From positions 2,515-66,514 of the forward strand of contig CAZNTN010000007.1 in the NCBI GenBank assembly GCA_964575995.1: DNA of 64,000 nucleotides. Reading direction: 5' to 3'. Below are positions 9,588-19,751 of the stretch, piece by piece (positions within the stretch are counted from its first letter, which is position 1; each line of letters begins with the position of its first letter). Position numbers and translations under genes: made by a program. Origin of the DNA: an uncultured Melioribacter sp. Its GTDB lineage: Bacteria; Bacteroidota; Ignavibacteria; Ignavibacteriales; Melioribacteraceae. The notes under the pieces were generated by a model that did not search any database, was not told the DNA's origin, and worked only from the letters and a program-made list of their open reading frames with translations.

Positions 9588-11747
9588 ATGAAAAAATTTT
9601 TCTTAATAATATGTTTGATTCCAGCCTTTGCAGTTTATGCTCAAACTGGAACTCTTTCCGGAAGAGTAATTAATGAAAAAGCAGAACCGGTCTTTGGCGC
9701 AAGTGTTATTATAATTGGAACTTCGCTCGGCGTTTCGGCAGATGAATCGGGTTACTTTCAGATCAAAAATATTCCAGCCGGTGTTTACGCTTTACAAGTA
9801 ACGGCAATAAGTTATGAAATGAAAACTGTGCCCGGCATTCAGATTAATGAACTGACAAAATCTATAACAGTGATATTAAAAGAATCGTTAATCCAGACTC
9901 AACAGATTGTAGTTAGTGCAGGCAAATATGCTCAACGAATTCAAGATTTAACTGTAAGCACTACAGTTTTGCAGCCGGAAGAGATAAGTAAAAAAAACCA
10001 TCTTACTTTTGATGACTATTTAAGGTTTGTTCCCGGAGTTCATGTTAATCTTGAACAAGTAAGCATACGAGGTTCCAGCGGTTACAGCAAAGGTGCCGGA
10101 ACAAGAGTTCTTGTTGCATTAAACGGATTGCCAATGTACTCCGGCGATAACGGAGATATCGTATGGGAAATGATTCCTATTGCAGATATTGAACGAGTGG
10201 AAATTATTAAAGGTCCGGCAAGTTCTCTTTATGGTTCTACTGCTATTGGCGGTGTAATTAATATAATTACAAAACGCTCTGTTAAAAAACCAATTACAAA
10301 TTTTAGAACTTACTATGGCTTGTATGATAAGCCATCTTATGATTTTTGGGACTGGAGCAAATCTTACAGAAGTTTTTACGGAGCAGAACTTACTCACTCA
10401 AATTCTTACAATAATTTAGGCTACACATTCTCTTTTAAAAAATTTGATAATAATAGTTACCGCCAGAATGATTTTACTAAACGTTACCTGGGCTATCTAA
10501 AGCTTAATTATGATTTCAACAACAAGAGCAGTCTTACTTTCTTTACCAATTACTTGGCAATGAACCGTGGTAATTTTCTTTACTGGAAAGACTCTAAAAA
10601 CGCTCTTGTTCCAAAAGATGAAGATAACGGAAACACCGTAAAATCGGGCAGAATATTTACCGGAATAATTTATCAAAATTATTTTAGCAGCAAATTAACA
10701 TCCGAAATAAAAGCCAATTACTACCGCACAAAATTTACCGGCTACGGTTTGGAATTAACCACATCAACAGCAGATTTGCTTAGAGGCGAAGCTATGGCAA
10801 ACTACAGAGCTTCAGAAAACTTCTTTTTAACAGGAGGCGTAGAATTATCTTACGCTAATATTAATTCAAATATTTTTAAGAACCCCGCTTTCTATGGCGG
10901 CGCTGTTTACTCTCAAACAGAATACAAAGGAATAGCCGGATTAATTCTTACAGCAGGGCTTCGTTACGATTATCTTAAAATGGATTCCACACGCGGTAAA
11001 AAGGCAGTTACACCGAGAGCCGGGTTGAATTATAAATTTTCTGATCATTTTATACTCCGCGCTTCAGCTGGAACCGGGTTCCGAGCTCCAACTCCTTCCG
11101 AAGTATTTACAAGTACCGCTGTTGGCGGCGGCGTGAGTGTGATAGAAAATCCTAACCTTACTTACGAAACAAGTTTCTCTTTTGAAGTTGGGATCAACTA
11201 CAGGTTGAATAATATTTCTCTTGATGCCGCATACTATCAGAATGAGTATAAGAATTTTATCGAACCTAATTTTACAGAGACAGGCACAGATATTCAGTTC
11301 GTTAATATTCCTCGAGCAAGAATTCAAGGGTTGGAATTAATTAACCAATGGAACATTATTCCAGCTATGTTGAATTTTTCTATTGGATATAACTATATGT
11401 GGTCGCGTGATATAGAAAAAAACAAATCTATGAAATACCGTCCTCGTAACACTGCTTATGCAAACTTGCTATTTACTCCGGCTTCGTTCGAGTTTGGAGT
11501 TGATTTCCGCTATTTGAGCAGAATTGAAGAAATAGACCCAATGATGCTGATTGTGGTTGTTGACGGTGAAGTTAGGGTACCAACATACATAACTAACTTA
11601 ATGGCTGGCTGCAATTTTTTTGTTATGAATATTCCAGCCAAAATTTTTATAAATGCAAAGAATATTTTCAACTACAATTATGCTGAATTCATTGGCAACT
11701 TAGCGCCAATACGTAATTACGCTCTCAGCTTTGAGCTTTATTTCTAA
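9588..11747 (+). CDS. TonB-dependent receptor (CarboxypepD_reg-like N-terminus, plug, barrel)
   Basis: Signal peptide from MKKFF; IERVEIIKGPASSLYGSTAIGGVINIITK plug motif; C-terminal Phe. Confidence 0.92.
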   Translation: MKKFFLIICLIPAFAVYAQTGTLSGRVINEKAEPVFGASVIIIGTSLGVSADESGYFQIKNIPAGVYALQVTAISYEMKTVPGIQINELTKSITVILKESLIQTQQIVVSAGKYAQRIQDLTVSTTVLQPEEISKKNHLTFDDYLRFVPGVHVNLEQVSIRGSSGYSKGAGTRVLVALNGLPMYSGDNGDIVWEMIPIADIERVEIIKGPASSLYGSTAIGGVINIITKRSVKKPITNFRTYYGLYDKPSYDFWDWSKSYRSFYGAELTHSNSYNNLGYTFSFKKFDNNSYRQNDFTKRYLGYLKLNYDFNNKSSLTFFTNYLAMNRGNFLYWKDSKNALVPKDEDNGNTVKSGRIFTGIIYQNYFSSKLTSEIKANYYRTKFTGYGLELTTSTADLLRGEAMANYRASENFFLTGGVELSYANINSNIFKNPAFYGGAVYSQTEYKGIAGLILTAGLRYDYLKMDSTRGKKAVTPRAGLNYKFSDHFILRASAGTGFRAPTPSEVFTSTAVGGGVSVIENPNLTYETSFSFEVGINYRLNNISLDAAYYQNEYKNFIEPNFTETGTDIQFVNIPRARIQGLELINQWNIIPAMLNFSIGYNYMWSRDIEKNKSMKYRPRNTAYANLLFTPASFEFGVDFRYLSRIEEIDPMMLIVVVDGEVRVPTYITNLMAGCNFFVMNIPAKIFINAKNIFNYNYAEFIGNLAPIRNYALSFELYF

Positions 11748-11751
11748 GCTC

Positions 11752-12096
11752 AAAAGAAACCTATGGTTAGAGCAAAAGAATTGCCCTGCAATTACTATTT
11801 GGGATGCAGGTGGAAAAATTATTTGCCTAAACGAAAAAGCATCTGAAGTTTTTAAAGATGATGGCGGTTACAAACTGCTTGGGCAAAATTTATTTGCCTG
11901 CCTCTCAAACGAATCCAACGAAAAAGATAAATAAGCAGATTATTGCCATGCAAAAACCAAATACTTGCACAATAGAAAAAGCCGGTAAAAAAAATTAATT
12001 CACCAGGCACATTGGTTTGTAAAAGGCGAGTTGAAAGGATTGGCTGAATTCCCAATTGAAATTCCTTTTGAGATGCAGCGCCATATCCGCACATAA
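11752..12096 (+). pseudogene. Frameshifted small PAS-domain protein
   Basis: AITIWDAGGKIICLNEKA...DGGYKLLGQNLFAC, then a frame break, resuming as TIEKAGKKKLIHQAHW...EIPFEM. Confidence 0.6.
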
Positions 12097-12098
12097 AA

Positions 12099-12341
12099 CT
12101 ATTCTTGTTCTTCGCGGCGGATTACCTCTACCGTAAAGTTAGAAGCAAGTGCTGCTATTGCTGCAACTGCCGCCAAAATTGGCACAAGCACAACACCAAT
12201 AACACCAAGCGTTACAGGTATTTCAATGTATGCTCTTCCTTTATCATCCTTTATTATTATTCTTCTTGCATTGCCCTCTTTTATGAGCTCTTCAATTTTT
12301 GCGAGTAGTTCTTTGCCTTTTATTTTAAACTCTGCTGCCAC
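12099..12341 (-). CDS. DUF4342 family protein
   Basis: KIEELIKEGNARRIIIKD...EIPVTLG motif. Confidence 0.8.
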   Translation of the reverse strand: MAAEFKIKGKELLAKIEELIKEGNARRIIIKDDKGRAYIEIPVTLGVIGVVLVPILAAVAAIAALASNFTVEVIRREEQE

Positions 12342-12425
12342 AGCATTTCTCCATTTTCGGTTTTAGATGAATGAAGAGATTTGTTTGTTCCAAGTTGGTT
12401 AGAAAATGTTAGGCGGGAACAGAAA

Positions 12426-13592
12426 TTACACTTTTAGAAAAATTTTCTTCTTGTAGAATATCCACATAATTGCAAGCCAGAACAATACATAAAAAAGCGC
12501 CCAGGCAAGAGAAGCATTAATTGGAGAAAGCAACGGCGTAAAAAAAGTGTTATATAAAAAAGATTTTACCGAAACTTTACTTCCAATATCATTTACCCAG
12601 CTAATTCTTGAAAGCATAATGCTAACAACACCAGACAAAACATAAACAGTAATTGCATTCATTCCATAAACTTCAAACGGTTTTGTCCACCATGTAATTT
12701 GTTTAACATCTGCTAGCCAGTAACACATACCAAAAACATTTAACGCCATACCTGCAGTAAAAAGAACATAAGAACTTGTCCACAATGCCTTGTTCATCGG
12801 CAAATACATATCCCAAATAATGCCCGTCATTAAGCCAATATTTCCAAAGAAAAATATCCAAGCAGCTTTTTGTGTTCTATCCAAACTGTTTTTCAATAGC
12901 GTGCCAAGAAGTATCCCGAGCAAACCCGTTGAAATTGCCGGAAGTGTGCTAAGCAAACCTTCAGGGTCCCAAATTTTAGTTTGTCTCCATAAATGTCCTG
13001 ATAAAAGTTGATTATCAATCCATGCAACAAGATTTGGAGCTATTTCTTTATTTGTAAGTTTATCAATTATTGTAGGCTGGGATAAATCTGGAGCGCCAAT
13101 GCCGGGAACCGGAACTAACGTTATCAAAGCCCAATAAATAAAAAGAAAAGATGAGGCGAGAACAGTTTGCGTTTTCCAGTTTGTTTTTAAGTAAATGAAT
13201 GAAGCAGCAAAATAAACTAAAGCAATTCTTTGCAGCACACCGGGAATACGAATGGCAGAAAAGTTATAAGCTGGGAATCCTGATAAAGCAACACCAATCA
13301 AAAAGATGAAAACGCTTCTCTTAAATATTTGTAAAATTAACTTGTTATGGTTATCACCTCTATCTTTTCTTTTTGAAAGAGAGAGTTTAATTGCAACACC
13401 AACTATAAAAAGGAAAAAAGGGAAAACTAAATCTGTTGGGGTGCAGCCATTCCATTTTGCGTGTTCGAGTGCGGGATAAATTTTTCCCCAATCGCCGGGA
13501 TTGTTAACTAATATCATACCGGCAATTGTTAAACCACGGAAAATATCTAATGATAACAAACGATCGGTTTGTTTTTCCATAAGATCATGCAA
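12426..13592 (-). CDS. HGSNAT/NagX-like membrane acyltransferase
   Basis: RLLSLDIFRGLTIAGMILVN, HAKWNGCTPTDLVFPFF, DPEGLLST. Confidence 0.88.
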   Translation of the reverse strand: MHDLMEKQTDRLLSLDIFRGLTIAGMILVNNPGDWGKIYPALEHAKWNGCTPTDLVFPFFLFIVGVAIKLSLSKRKDRGDNHNKLILQIFKRSVFIFLIGVALSGFPAYNFSAIRIPGVLQRIALVYFAASFIYLKTNWKTQTVLASSFLFIYWALITLVPVPGIGAPDLSQPTIIDKLTNKEIAPNLVAWIDNQLLSGHLWRQTKIWDPEGLLSTLPAISTGLLGILLGTLLKNSLDRTQKAAWIFFFGNIGLMTGIIWDMYLPMNKALWTSSYVLFTAGMALNVFGMCYWLADVKQITWWTKPFEVYGMNAITVYVLSGVVSIMLSRISWVNDIGSKVSVKSFLYNTFFTPLLSPINASLAWALFYVLFWLAIMWIFYKKKIFLKV

Positions 13593-13656
13593 AGTTAGAT
13601 AAAGTGGGTTGATAAATTCAGTTATCGCACAAAGACTTTAAAAAAGCAGTGTCTTG

Positions 13657-13845
13657 TCATTCATACTTTCCATCACCGGAAATGTAACCTTTATCCGGCT
13701 CGGCTCTTTGTGATGTCTCGAAACTGACACGAAGCTCGGTGTAATCACCTTCGCGAACTACCTTTAATTTAAAATCCCAATCGTTGCTTCTTTGCGTTGG
13801 TTGTGAATTTATTTGCCCTTGGGGTTCTAGTGTTATTTGTAACAT
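13657..13845 (-). CDS. Hypothetical small protein (62 aa)
   Basis: Isolated ATG ORF with protein-like composition in an otherwise AT-rich gap. Confidence 0.4.
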   Translation of the reverse strand: MLQITLEPQGQINSQPTQRSNDWDFKLKVVREGDYTELRVSFETSQRAEPDKGYISGDGKYE

Positions 13846-14155
13846 TATTCTCTAATTAAAAGTGTGGTGAGCTTTTAATTTATCTTGATTCAACTTATTA
13901 AAAATGTTTTTTTATTCCTAACAATAAAATGTTTTTTTCATTCAAAATTTTTTTTTGTGATAATAATCAGCAATAAAAAATTATTTATTCAAAACCAATT
14001 TAAAACTTGTGTTTCATTAAAATTTTTTAATTATAATTTCTGCGTGGTATAAAAGATGTAGTATTGTTTTACTGTAAATATCTTTTATAAAAAGCAGAAG
14101 GGTGGAATAGCAAGTTAAGAGTAAGATCAAGGATAAGAGAAATCGGCTTTCAAAT

Positions 14156-14351
14156 TTACGCTTTCATTACTGGTGTTAATGATAAAACAAGGTTCCTTGC
14201 GCCAACAAAAGTTTCTTCACCAATCGGCTGATTTGAAACCCCCGATTTGGCTTCTATTCTGATAACAACAATATCTTCATAATAATATTTAAATGCTTCT
14301 TTCACAGAATTAATTACAACAGGTTTATTTTAAGCCCACAAAGATTATCAT
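14156..14351 (-). pseudogene. Remnant of inosine/xanthosine triphosphatase (YjjX-like)
   Basis: ATG overlaps the upstream TGA. After a frameshift it reads KPVVINSVKEAF...KSGVSNQPIGEETFVGARN, then stops. Confidence 0.65.
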
Positions 14352-15484
14352 TTATTCTTTCCGAAAAAGAATTTCATTGGCAGGCAAACTCTTTTTGCCC
14401 AAGCGGCTTCATTATGCTCTGCTTTAGAATCAATAAAAAATTGCAAATCAATATTTTCAACATATCCTTTATATTTAAGAACTTTTATCATTTCATCAAC
14501 GCCTGGTTGAAGAATAGTTTCTAAGCCAACGCCGCCGTTATCAATATATATTAACAAATCTTTCTTAGGAGATTTATCTTCTTGTACTGCTTTAACATAA
14601 TTAAAATTGGTGAATTTGAACGCCGGCGAAAAGCAAGCAGCTTTTGAAAATACAGTTGGATAATCCCACGCCAACATCATAGAAATTAAACCTCCCATTG
14701 AAGAACCGCCAACCGCAGTATTCTTTGCATCAGCCAGTGTCCTATAATTGGCATCAATGAAAGGTTTAATTATATCAACAACCAATTTTTCGTAGAGCTT
14801 TCCAAGACTTGTATTGTTGTACTCGGTTCCTCTATCATCAGTGTTGTTAATACCTACAATTATAAATGGTTCAACTTCTCCTAAGCGAATTAAACTATCG
14901 GCTGTTTCATCAACTTGCCAATCAATAAAGGTGTTTGAAGTACGCGGATCGACCAGGTTTTGTCCATCGTGCATATAAAAAACCGGAAAGCGTCTTTCTA
15001 TTTGTTCATCATAATTTGGCGGAAGCCAAACAAAAATATCGCGCGGTTTTAAGCCTGCAATTGCAAAATCTTTGTGATAGAAAACTTTTCCGGTTATTTG
15101 CCCATTTACGCTGAAGTCGAAATTATCGCGCCAGTTAAAAATTGTTGCAAGTATGGTGGTGTCTTTGTTTGCAACAAGAACAGAGTTTTGCGGAATAGAT
15201 GAGTTGCTGCCTAAAGCTTCTGTAGCCCAGCTTCCTTTTGTAAACTTATACTCCAGGCGTGTGCCTTTTTCTACTACTATTGAAATGCTCCAGATTTCTT
15301 TACTGGATTTGCTAAGCAGAATTTTATTCGGCTGCCAATTGCCAAGCGCTTTAACATTTCCGGCAACATAAATTTTAGAACTATCCTCTATTTTTGGAGA
15401 AACAACATTTAAAGTAACTTTTACTTTTTCTTGAGAAAATATTACGGCTGAAAGCAGCAGTATAAATATTATAGTGTTCTTCAC
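14348..15484 (-). CDS. CBM20 + alpha/beta-hydrolase (esterase) protein, secreted
   Basis: YVAGNVKALGNW...LEYKFT (CBM20); YMHDGQN, GGSSMGG, HNE. Confidence 0.88.
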   Translation of the reverse strand: MKNTIIFILLLSAVIFSQEKVKVTLNVVSPKIEDSSKIYVAGNVKALGNWQPNKILLSKSSKEIWSISIVVEKGTRLEYKFTKGSWATEALGSNSSIPQNSVLVANKDTTILATIFNWRDNFDFSVNGQITGKVFYHKDFAIAGLKPRDIFVWLPPNYDEQIERRFPVFYMHDGQNLVDPRTSNTFIDWQVDETADSLIRLGEVEPFIIVGINNTDDRGTEYNNTSLGKLYEKLVVDIIKPFIDANYRTLADAKNTAVGGSSMGGLISMMLAWDYPTVFSKAACFSPAFKFTNFNYVKAVQEDKSPKKDLLIYIDNGGVGLETILQPGVDEMIKVLKYKGYVENIDLQFFIDSKAEHNEAAWAKRVCLPMKFFFGKNK

Positions 15485-15512
15485 TTAAACTCCTTGAATG
15501 TGAAAACAATTT

Positions 15513-15941
15513 TTACCATAACTTAGTTTTTCTTTCCATCATTCTTTCTGGTTTTTCTACCGGGCTAAACCCATATTTTGAATAGAGAGAATGAGCGTCT
15601 TTAGTTGCAAGCCGCCAAGATTTAATATTGCTTAACTCCGGATGCGTTAGAAGAAACTCCATTAAATGTTTTGAAAGAGCTTTCCCCCGATATTCTTCTA
15701 AAATAAAAACATCGCCGAGATAAGCGCACATAATGAAATCGGTTACAACTCTGGCAAAGCCAATTTGCATTTGCTCGTAATAAACTCCAACACAAAAAGA
15801 ATTATCTATTGCTTTCTTAACAAATTCAATTGGAATTCCTTCATTCCAATAAGACCTCGTTAAGTATGCGTGTACAACTTCTAATTGAAGCAGCGATTTA
15901 TCATCGCTGATTGTGATGTTTTCCGAAATTATTTTTTTCAT
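15513..15941 (-). CDS. GNAT N-acetyltransferase
   Basis: IGFARVVTD, DVFILEEYRGKALSK, LATKDAHSLYSKYGF. Confidence 0.9.
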   Translation of the reverse strand: MKKIISENITISDDKSLLQLEVVHAYLTRSYWNEGIPIEFVKKAIDNSFCVGVYYEQMQIGFARVVTDFIMCAYLGDVFILEEYRGKALSKHLMEFLLTHPELSNIKSWRLATKDAHSLYSKYGFSPVEKPERMMERKTKLW

Positions 15942-15978
15942 TTTATTACTTCGTTGCTATTAGAAGCATTTCAAAAAT

Positions 15979-17208
15979 TTATTTCTTAGTAAGATATCTC
16001 TTTCCAAGTTTCAAAGTTCCAAACCATTCTATAGCAGCAAAGATTGATGGAAGCGCAGAAGAAACATGTTTGCCACCGGAAATTGTAACCAATTCAACAC
16101 TAATGCCTTGTGTTAAAAAATAATTTTTAGCTTGTACAGAGTTTTCATAGGGAACATACTCATCAGCGTTGCCGTGATAAAGACGCATTGGCGCTATTGG
16201 TCTCCAGTTGAGCAGGCTGTTGGTTGCAAAAGCGGTTGTAAGTGTAGTTTCTGTACCGGCTAAGTAGCTTTTGACAAAGTTTTGATTAATCAGCTTAGTT
16301 AAATCATTTGTTAGCTGAGCATCAATTTCATCTACAGTGTAATTGCCATTAAAAAGAGAAGGAAGTTTTTCCACATAAGGCGAATTAAAAAATGCATTCA
16401 GATTATTCCATCTGTAAATTTCGTTGTAGGCAACCAAAAAGTAAGCCAGGTATGCAGGCTTATTATAAGTTTGACTCTGCAATATTTTTTTAGCGGTCAT
16501 GTTTAAATCATACGCACCCGCCATTGGTGCAACTGCCGTAAGATTAAATTCACTTTTGTAGTTAAATTCAATTTCTCTTTGCGCTGCCATTGTAACATAG
16601 CCGCCTTCGGAATATCCGGCTAAAAATATTTGTCCGTTTAACGTGATATTATTTTTGCTTGCAAATACTTTTCCAGCGCGGATTATATCAATCACCGGAT
16701 CAGCAGAAGATTTTGCTATGTGATAAGGATGCGTTTGGGTCGATTCGCCAAGACCGATATAATCTGGTGCAAGCGCAAAATAGCCTAGTGCAGCAGCAAT
16801 TAATCCTTCAGGTGCATTTAGCGCATTAACCGAGCCTACATTTGTCCGCTTTGTTTGAGTTCCGTGTTGTACGCTAATTATTGGAAGATTACTCTTTCCT
16901 TTTGGCAGAAACAAAGCGCCTGAAACTATAATAACATTTCCTTTTGAATCAACTGTTCTGTACATAAGTTTATAGTAATCAACATCATAAATAACTTTGT
17001 TTTTAATCTGCTCTCCGCCGGAAATACTTCCAATCATTACCTGAAGCAAAGGAGCAGTAAAAGATCCGCCATTTGTAAAGCTAACTATTTGTCCACGTGC
17101 AGGTGTAATTTGAGGTTCAACCGGAACATCGCTTTTACATGTAGTAAGTAAGAGCGTAAAAGGAACAAATAGTATCAAGATAAATTTCAGCTTTTTCTTG
17201 TAAATCAT
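15979..17208 (-). CDS. Lipase-family alpha/beta hydrolase lipoprotein
   Basis: QHGT, PDYIGLG, GYSEGG; likely start MIYKKK after AGGAG; lipobox LTTC. Confidence 0.85.
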   Translation of the reverse strand: MIYKKKLKFILILFVPFTLLLTTCKSDVPVEPQITPARGQIVSFTNGGSFTAPLLQVMIGSISGGEQIKNKVIYDVDYYKLMYRTVDSKGNVIIVSGALFLPKGKSNLPIISVQHGTQTKRTNVGSVNALNAPEGLIAAALGYFALAPDYIGLGESTQTHPYHIAKSSADPVIDIIRAGKVFASKNNITLNGQIFLAGYSEGGYVTMAAQREIEFNYKSEFNLTAVAPMAGAYDLNMTAKKILQSQTYNKPAYLAYFLVAYNEIYRWNNLNAFFNSPYVEKLPSLFNGNYTVDEIDAQLTNDLTKLINQNFVKSYLAGTETTLTTAFATNSLLNWRPIAPMRLYHGNADEYVPYENSVQAKNYFLTQGISVELVTISGGKHVSSALPSIFAAIEWFGTLKLGKRYLTKK

Positions 17209-17465
17209 TTTTGCTTTTTCTCCTCTTAACAAAATAAATGTATTCGGAAAAGTAAGAATTGTAATTACTACGCTATAACAATGAATCGGAATAAGCAAAT
17301 TCATTAGTTATATCGAACGGCTTGTCTTTGTAACCAACTATTAGCAAAGCTAAAGTGAACAGCTTCAATTTGTGTATTTCTGAAAGAACCTGTTGCTTTC
17401 CAAAACTGTTATATATAAAATTATAAAAAAGAATAACTACATTACAAAACCAAAAAGGAGTTAAT

Positions 17466-18374
17466 ATGAAGTTAACACGGAAGGATTTTTTGAAAACAGG
17501 CGCACTATTAAGCGGCGGATTATTCTTAGGCACAAACAAACTATTGGCAGATGTTCAGGCACAGACTTACTCAATTAAGGTACTAAGAAACAATATCGGG
17601 ATATTTACCGAGCGAGGTGGAACAATTGGCTGGTATGCAACAAGTGACGGCGTTGTTGTAGTTGATTCTCAATATCCCGAAACGGCAAAAAATTTAATTG
17701 AAGCATTGCAGCAAAAAACATCTCGTAAAATCGATATTCTGTTCAACACACATCATCACGGAGATCATACTTCGGGTAACATTTTCTTGAAAGACTATGC
17801 AGACAGTTTAGTTGCTCACGAAAACTGTAAAATGCTTCAAGAGAAAAACGATAAAAAAGACCCGGCTAAGCCACAGGCTTATGCCACTACAACTTTTAAG
17901 GAAACTTGGAGCGAAGAAATAGGAAAAGAAAAAGTTACGGCAAAATATTTTGGTCCGGCGCACACAAGCGGAGATTCTGTAATTCATTTTGAAGAAGCAA
18001 ACATTGCTCACGTGGGCGATTTAGTATTCAACCAAACGTTTCCATTTATAGATTCTAATGGAGGCGGCTCAATCAAACTATGGTTCAAAACTCTCGGAGA
18101 GATTATCAATTATTACTCAAAAGATACACTATTCATATTCGGTCATTCAATTACAAATGATCTATTAACCGGAAATGTTAACGACATAATTACAATGCAA
18201 AAATATCTTGGCGCACTTACCGAGCATGTTGAATCTGAAATACAAAAAGGAAAATCTAAAGAAGAAATTGCAGCTGCTTCAGAAATACCAGGATTTGCTA
18301 ACCTTAAAGAACGCTGGCAAGGCGCCCGCAAAATGAATCTTGAAAAAGCTTACGATGAATTAGAAAGGAAATAA
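17466..18374 (+). CDS. MBL-fold metallo-hydrolase (cyclase-like) with Tat-like signal
   Basis: TRKDFLK; NTHHHGDH, HTSGD, GDL, FGH; AAGGAG RBS. Confidence 0.88.
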   Translation: MKLTRKDFLKTGALLSGGLFLGTNKLLADVQAQTYSIKVLRNNIGIFTERGGTIGWYATSDGVVVVDSQYPETAKNLIEALQQKTSRKIDILFNTHHHGDHTSGNIFLKDYADSLVAHENCKMLQEKNDKKDPAKPQAYATTTFKETWSEEIGKEKVTAKYFGPAHTSGDSVIHFEEANIAHVGDLVFNQTFPFIDSNGGGSIKLWFKTLGEIINYYSKDTLFIFGHSITNDLLTGNVNDIITMQKYLGALTEHVESEIQKGKSKEEIAAASEIPGFANLKERWQGARKMNLEKAYDELERK

Positions 18375-18610
18375 TTCAACTCTTTTGGTCATTTTATTCC
18401 GCCTAAAGCGGGAACATCCTTGAAAGAACAAGTACCAAAAGAACTACAATCTTTTCGCTTTTAGATAAATCAGTTAAAACTGAAGGGCATGAGCCAAAGA
18501 TTAGATACTCATTTAACTTTTTTTTTAACTCGAAAAAATTAGCTGCACTCATTTCTATTGAGTTTCGAACTCTGTTTTTTTAATGAATTACTGCAGAGTT
18601 AGTAATTAAT

Positions 18611-18705
18611 GGGTAGTTCTAAAAACCTCAATACCCTTTGCGAACTTTGGTTTTTCTTTGCGTTCTCAGCGATAAAAATTAAAAAGATAGTTTTTAGAAG
18701 TACCC
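18611..18705. mobile_element. MITE-like element (GGGTA..TCTAAAAA TIR family)
   Basis: TIRs GGGTAGTTCTAAAAAC / GTTTTTAGAAGTACCC, with TAA nearby on both flanks. Confidence 0.7.
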
Positions 18706-18712
18706 TAAAATG

Positions 18713-18847
18713 CTATTCCAAATCCATCTTTTTGTTTTGACTTCTTTTATAAATCTTATCCGAAGTTTTCACCTTAGGAGTTTGTTTCGGTAAAGGAATA
18801 CGAACTTTCTTTTTCTTAACCGTTATTTTTGCTTTCAGCTTGTTCAT
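18713..18847 (-). CDS. Small, highly basic hypothetical protein (44 aa)
   Basis: MNKLKAKITVKKKKVRIPLPKQTPKVKTSDKIYKRSQNKKMDLE; AGGGA upstream; below the ORF-track cutoff. Confidence 0.5.
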   Translation of the reverse strand: MNKLKAKITVKKKKVRIPLPKQTPKVKTSDKIYKRSQNKKMDLE

Positions 18848-19082
18848 TTTTTCCCTTTGTTTCCAAATTCCGAAAAGTGAAGTAGAATTTTTATTGGTTT
18901 GATATTATTACTTTGCTGCTCAACTTTAACAGATTGTTCCTACTGCAGATGGTAAACGCGGCTGAAAAATAATGTGTAAAAACATTTTAGCAGCAGCAAG
19001 TTCTCGTCTCAGTTATCATACATTACCAAGATTATTAGCGGTCCGGTTTTCTTAGCATCCAATTATAACTTAAATGCCCTCT

Positions 19083-19694
19083 CTATTGCAGCAATTTAAT
19101 ATCGCTTACAATTTCATCTATGTTTATATCGCTTCCAGTGTAGTTCTTTCTAATTCTCCCTTCTTCATCCATCAGTTGAATTCTGTCTGTATGAGTGAAG
19201 TAATAAATCTTTCTTCCATCCTTAAAGACGGTTGAATCGCTAACAACTGCAAGAATGCCAATTCGTTTTGTTAATGAATCTATCACAATTTTATCTCCTG
19301 TAAGAAATTTCCAATTGCTTAAATCAAGATTGCGTACTTCTGCAAACTTGCTAAGCGTTTCTGGGTTATCTTGCATCGGGTCGAAACTGATTGAAACAAA
19401 TTCTACATTATTTACTTTGTCAGAATTGAGTTTTTCTTGAATTATTCTCATGTTGTTTGTGGTCAATGGGCAAATATCTGGACAGTTTGTAAATATGTAG
19501 CCAACTACGGTTAGTTTTCCTTTTGTCATTGCCGGAAAGTTTTGCTTTGTGCCTGTTTGATCAACAAGAGAAAATCCGCTACTGCTTAAATCATCAACTA
19601 CATCTAATTTGTCTTGGCAGGAAACAGCGGCAGCTATTAAAAGAATTAATACAAGAATCTTTTTCAAATTTAATTTGGTAATTTTGACTGGCAT
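19083..19694 (-). CDS. SCO1/SenC family lipoprotein
   Basis: FTNCPDICP (CxxxC), SFDP, conserved His in THTD. Confidence 0.92.
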   Translation of the reverse strand: MPVKITKLNLKKILVLILLIAAAVSCQDKLDVVDDLSSSGFSLVDQTGTKQNFPAMTKGKLTVVGYIFTNCPDICPLTTNNMRIIQEKLNSDKVNNVEFVSISFDPMQDNPETLSKFAEVRNLDLSNWKFLTGDKIVIDSLTKRIGILAVVSDSTVFKDGRKIYYFTHTDRIQLMDEEGRIRKNYTGSDINIDEIVSDIKLLQ

Positions 19695-19751
19695 ATAATT
19701 GACCTCTTTAACAGTACTAAATTACTAATTGTTTTATAAAATGGATATTGG

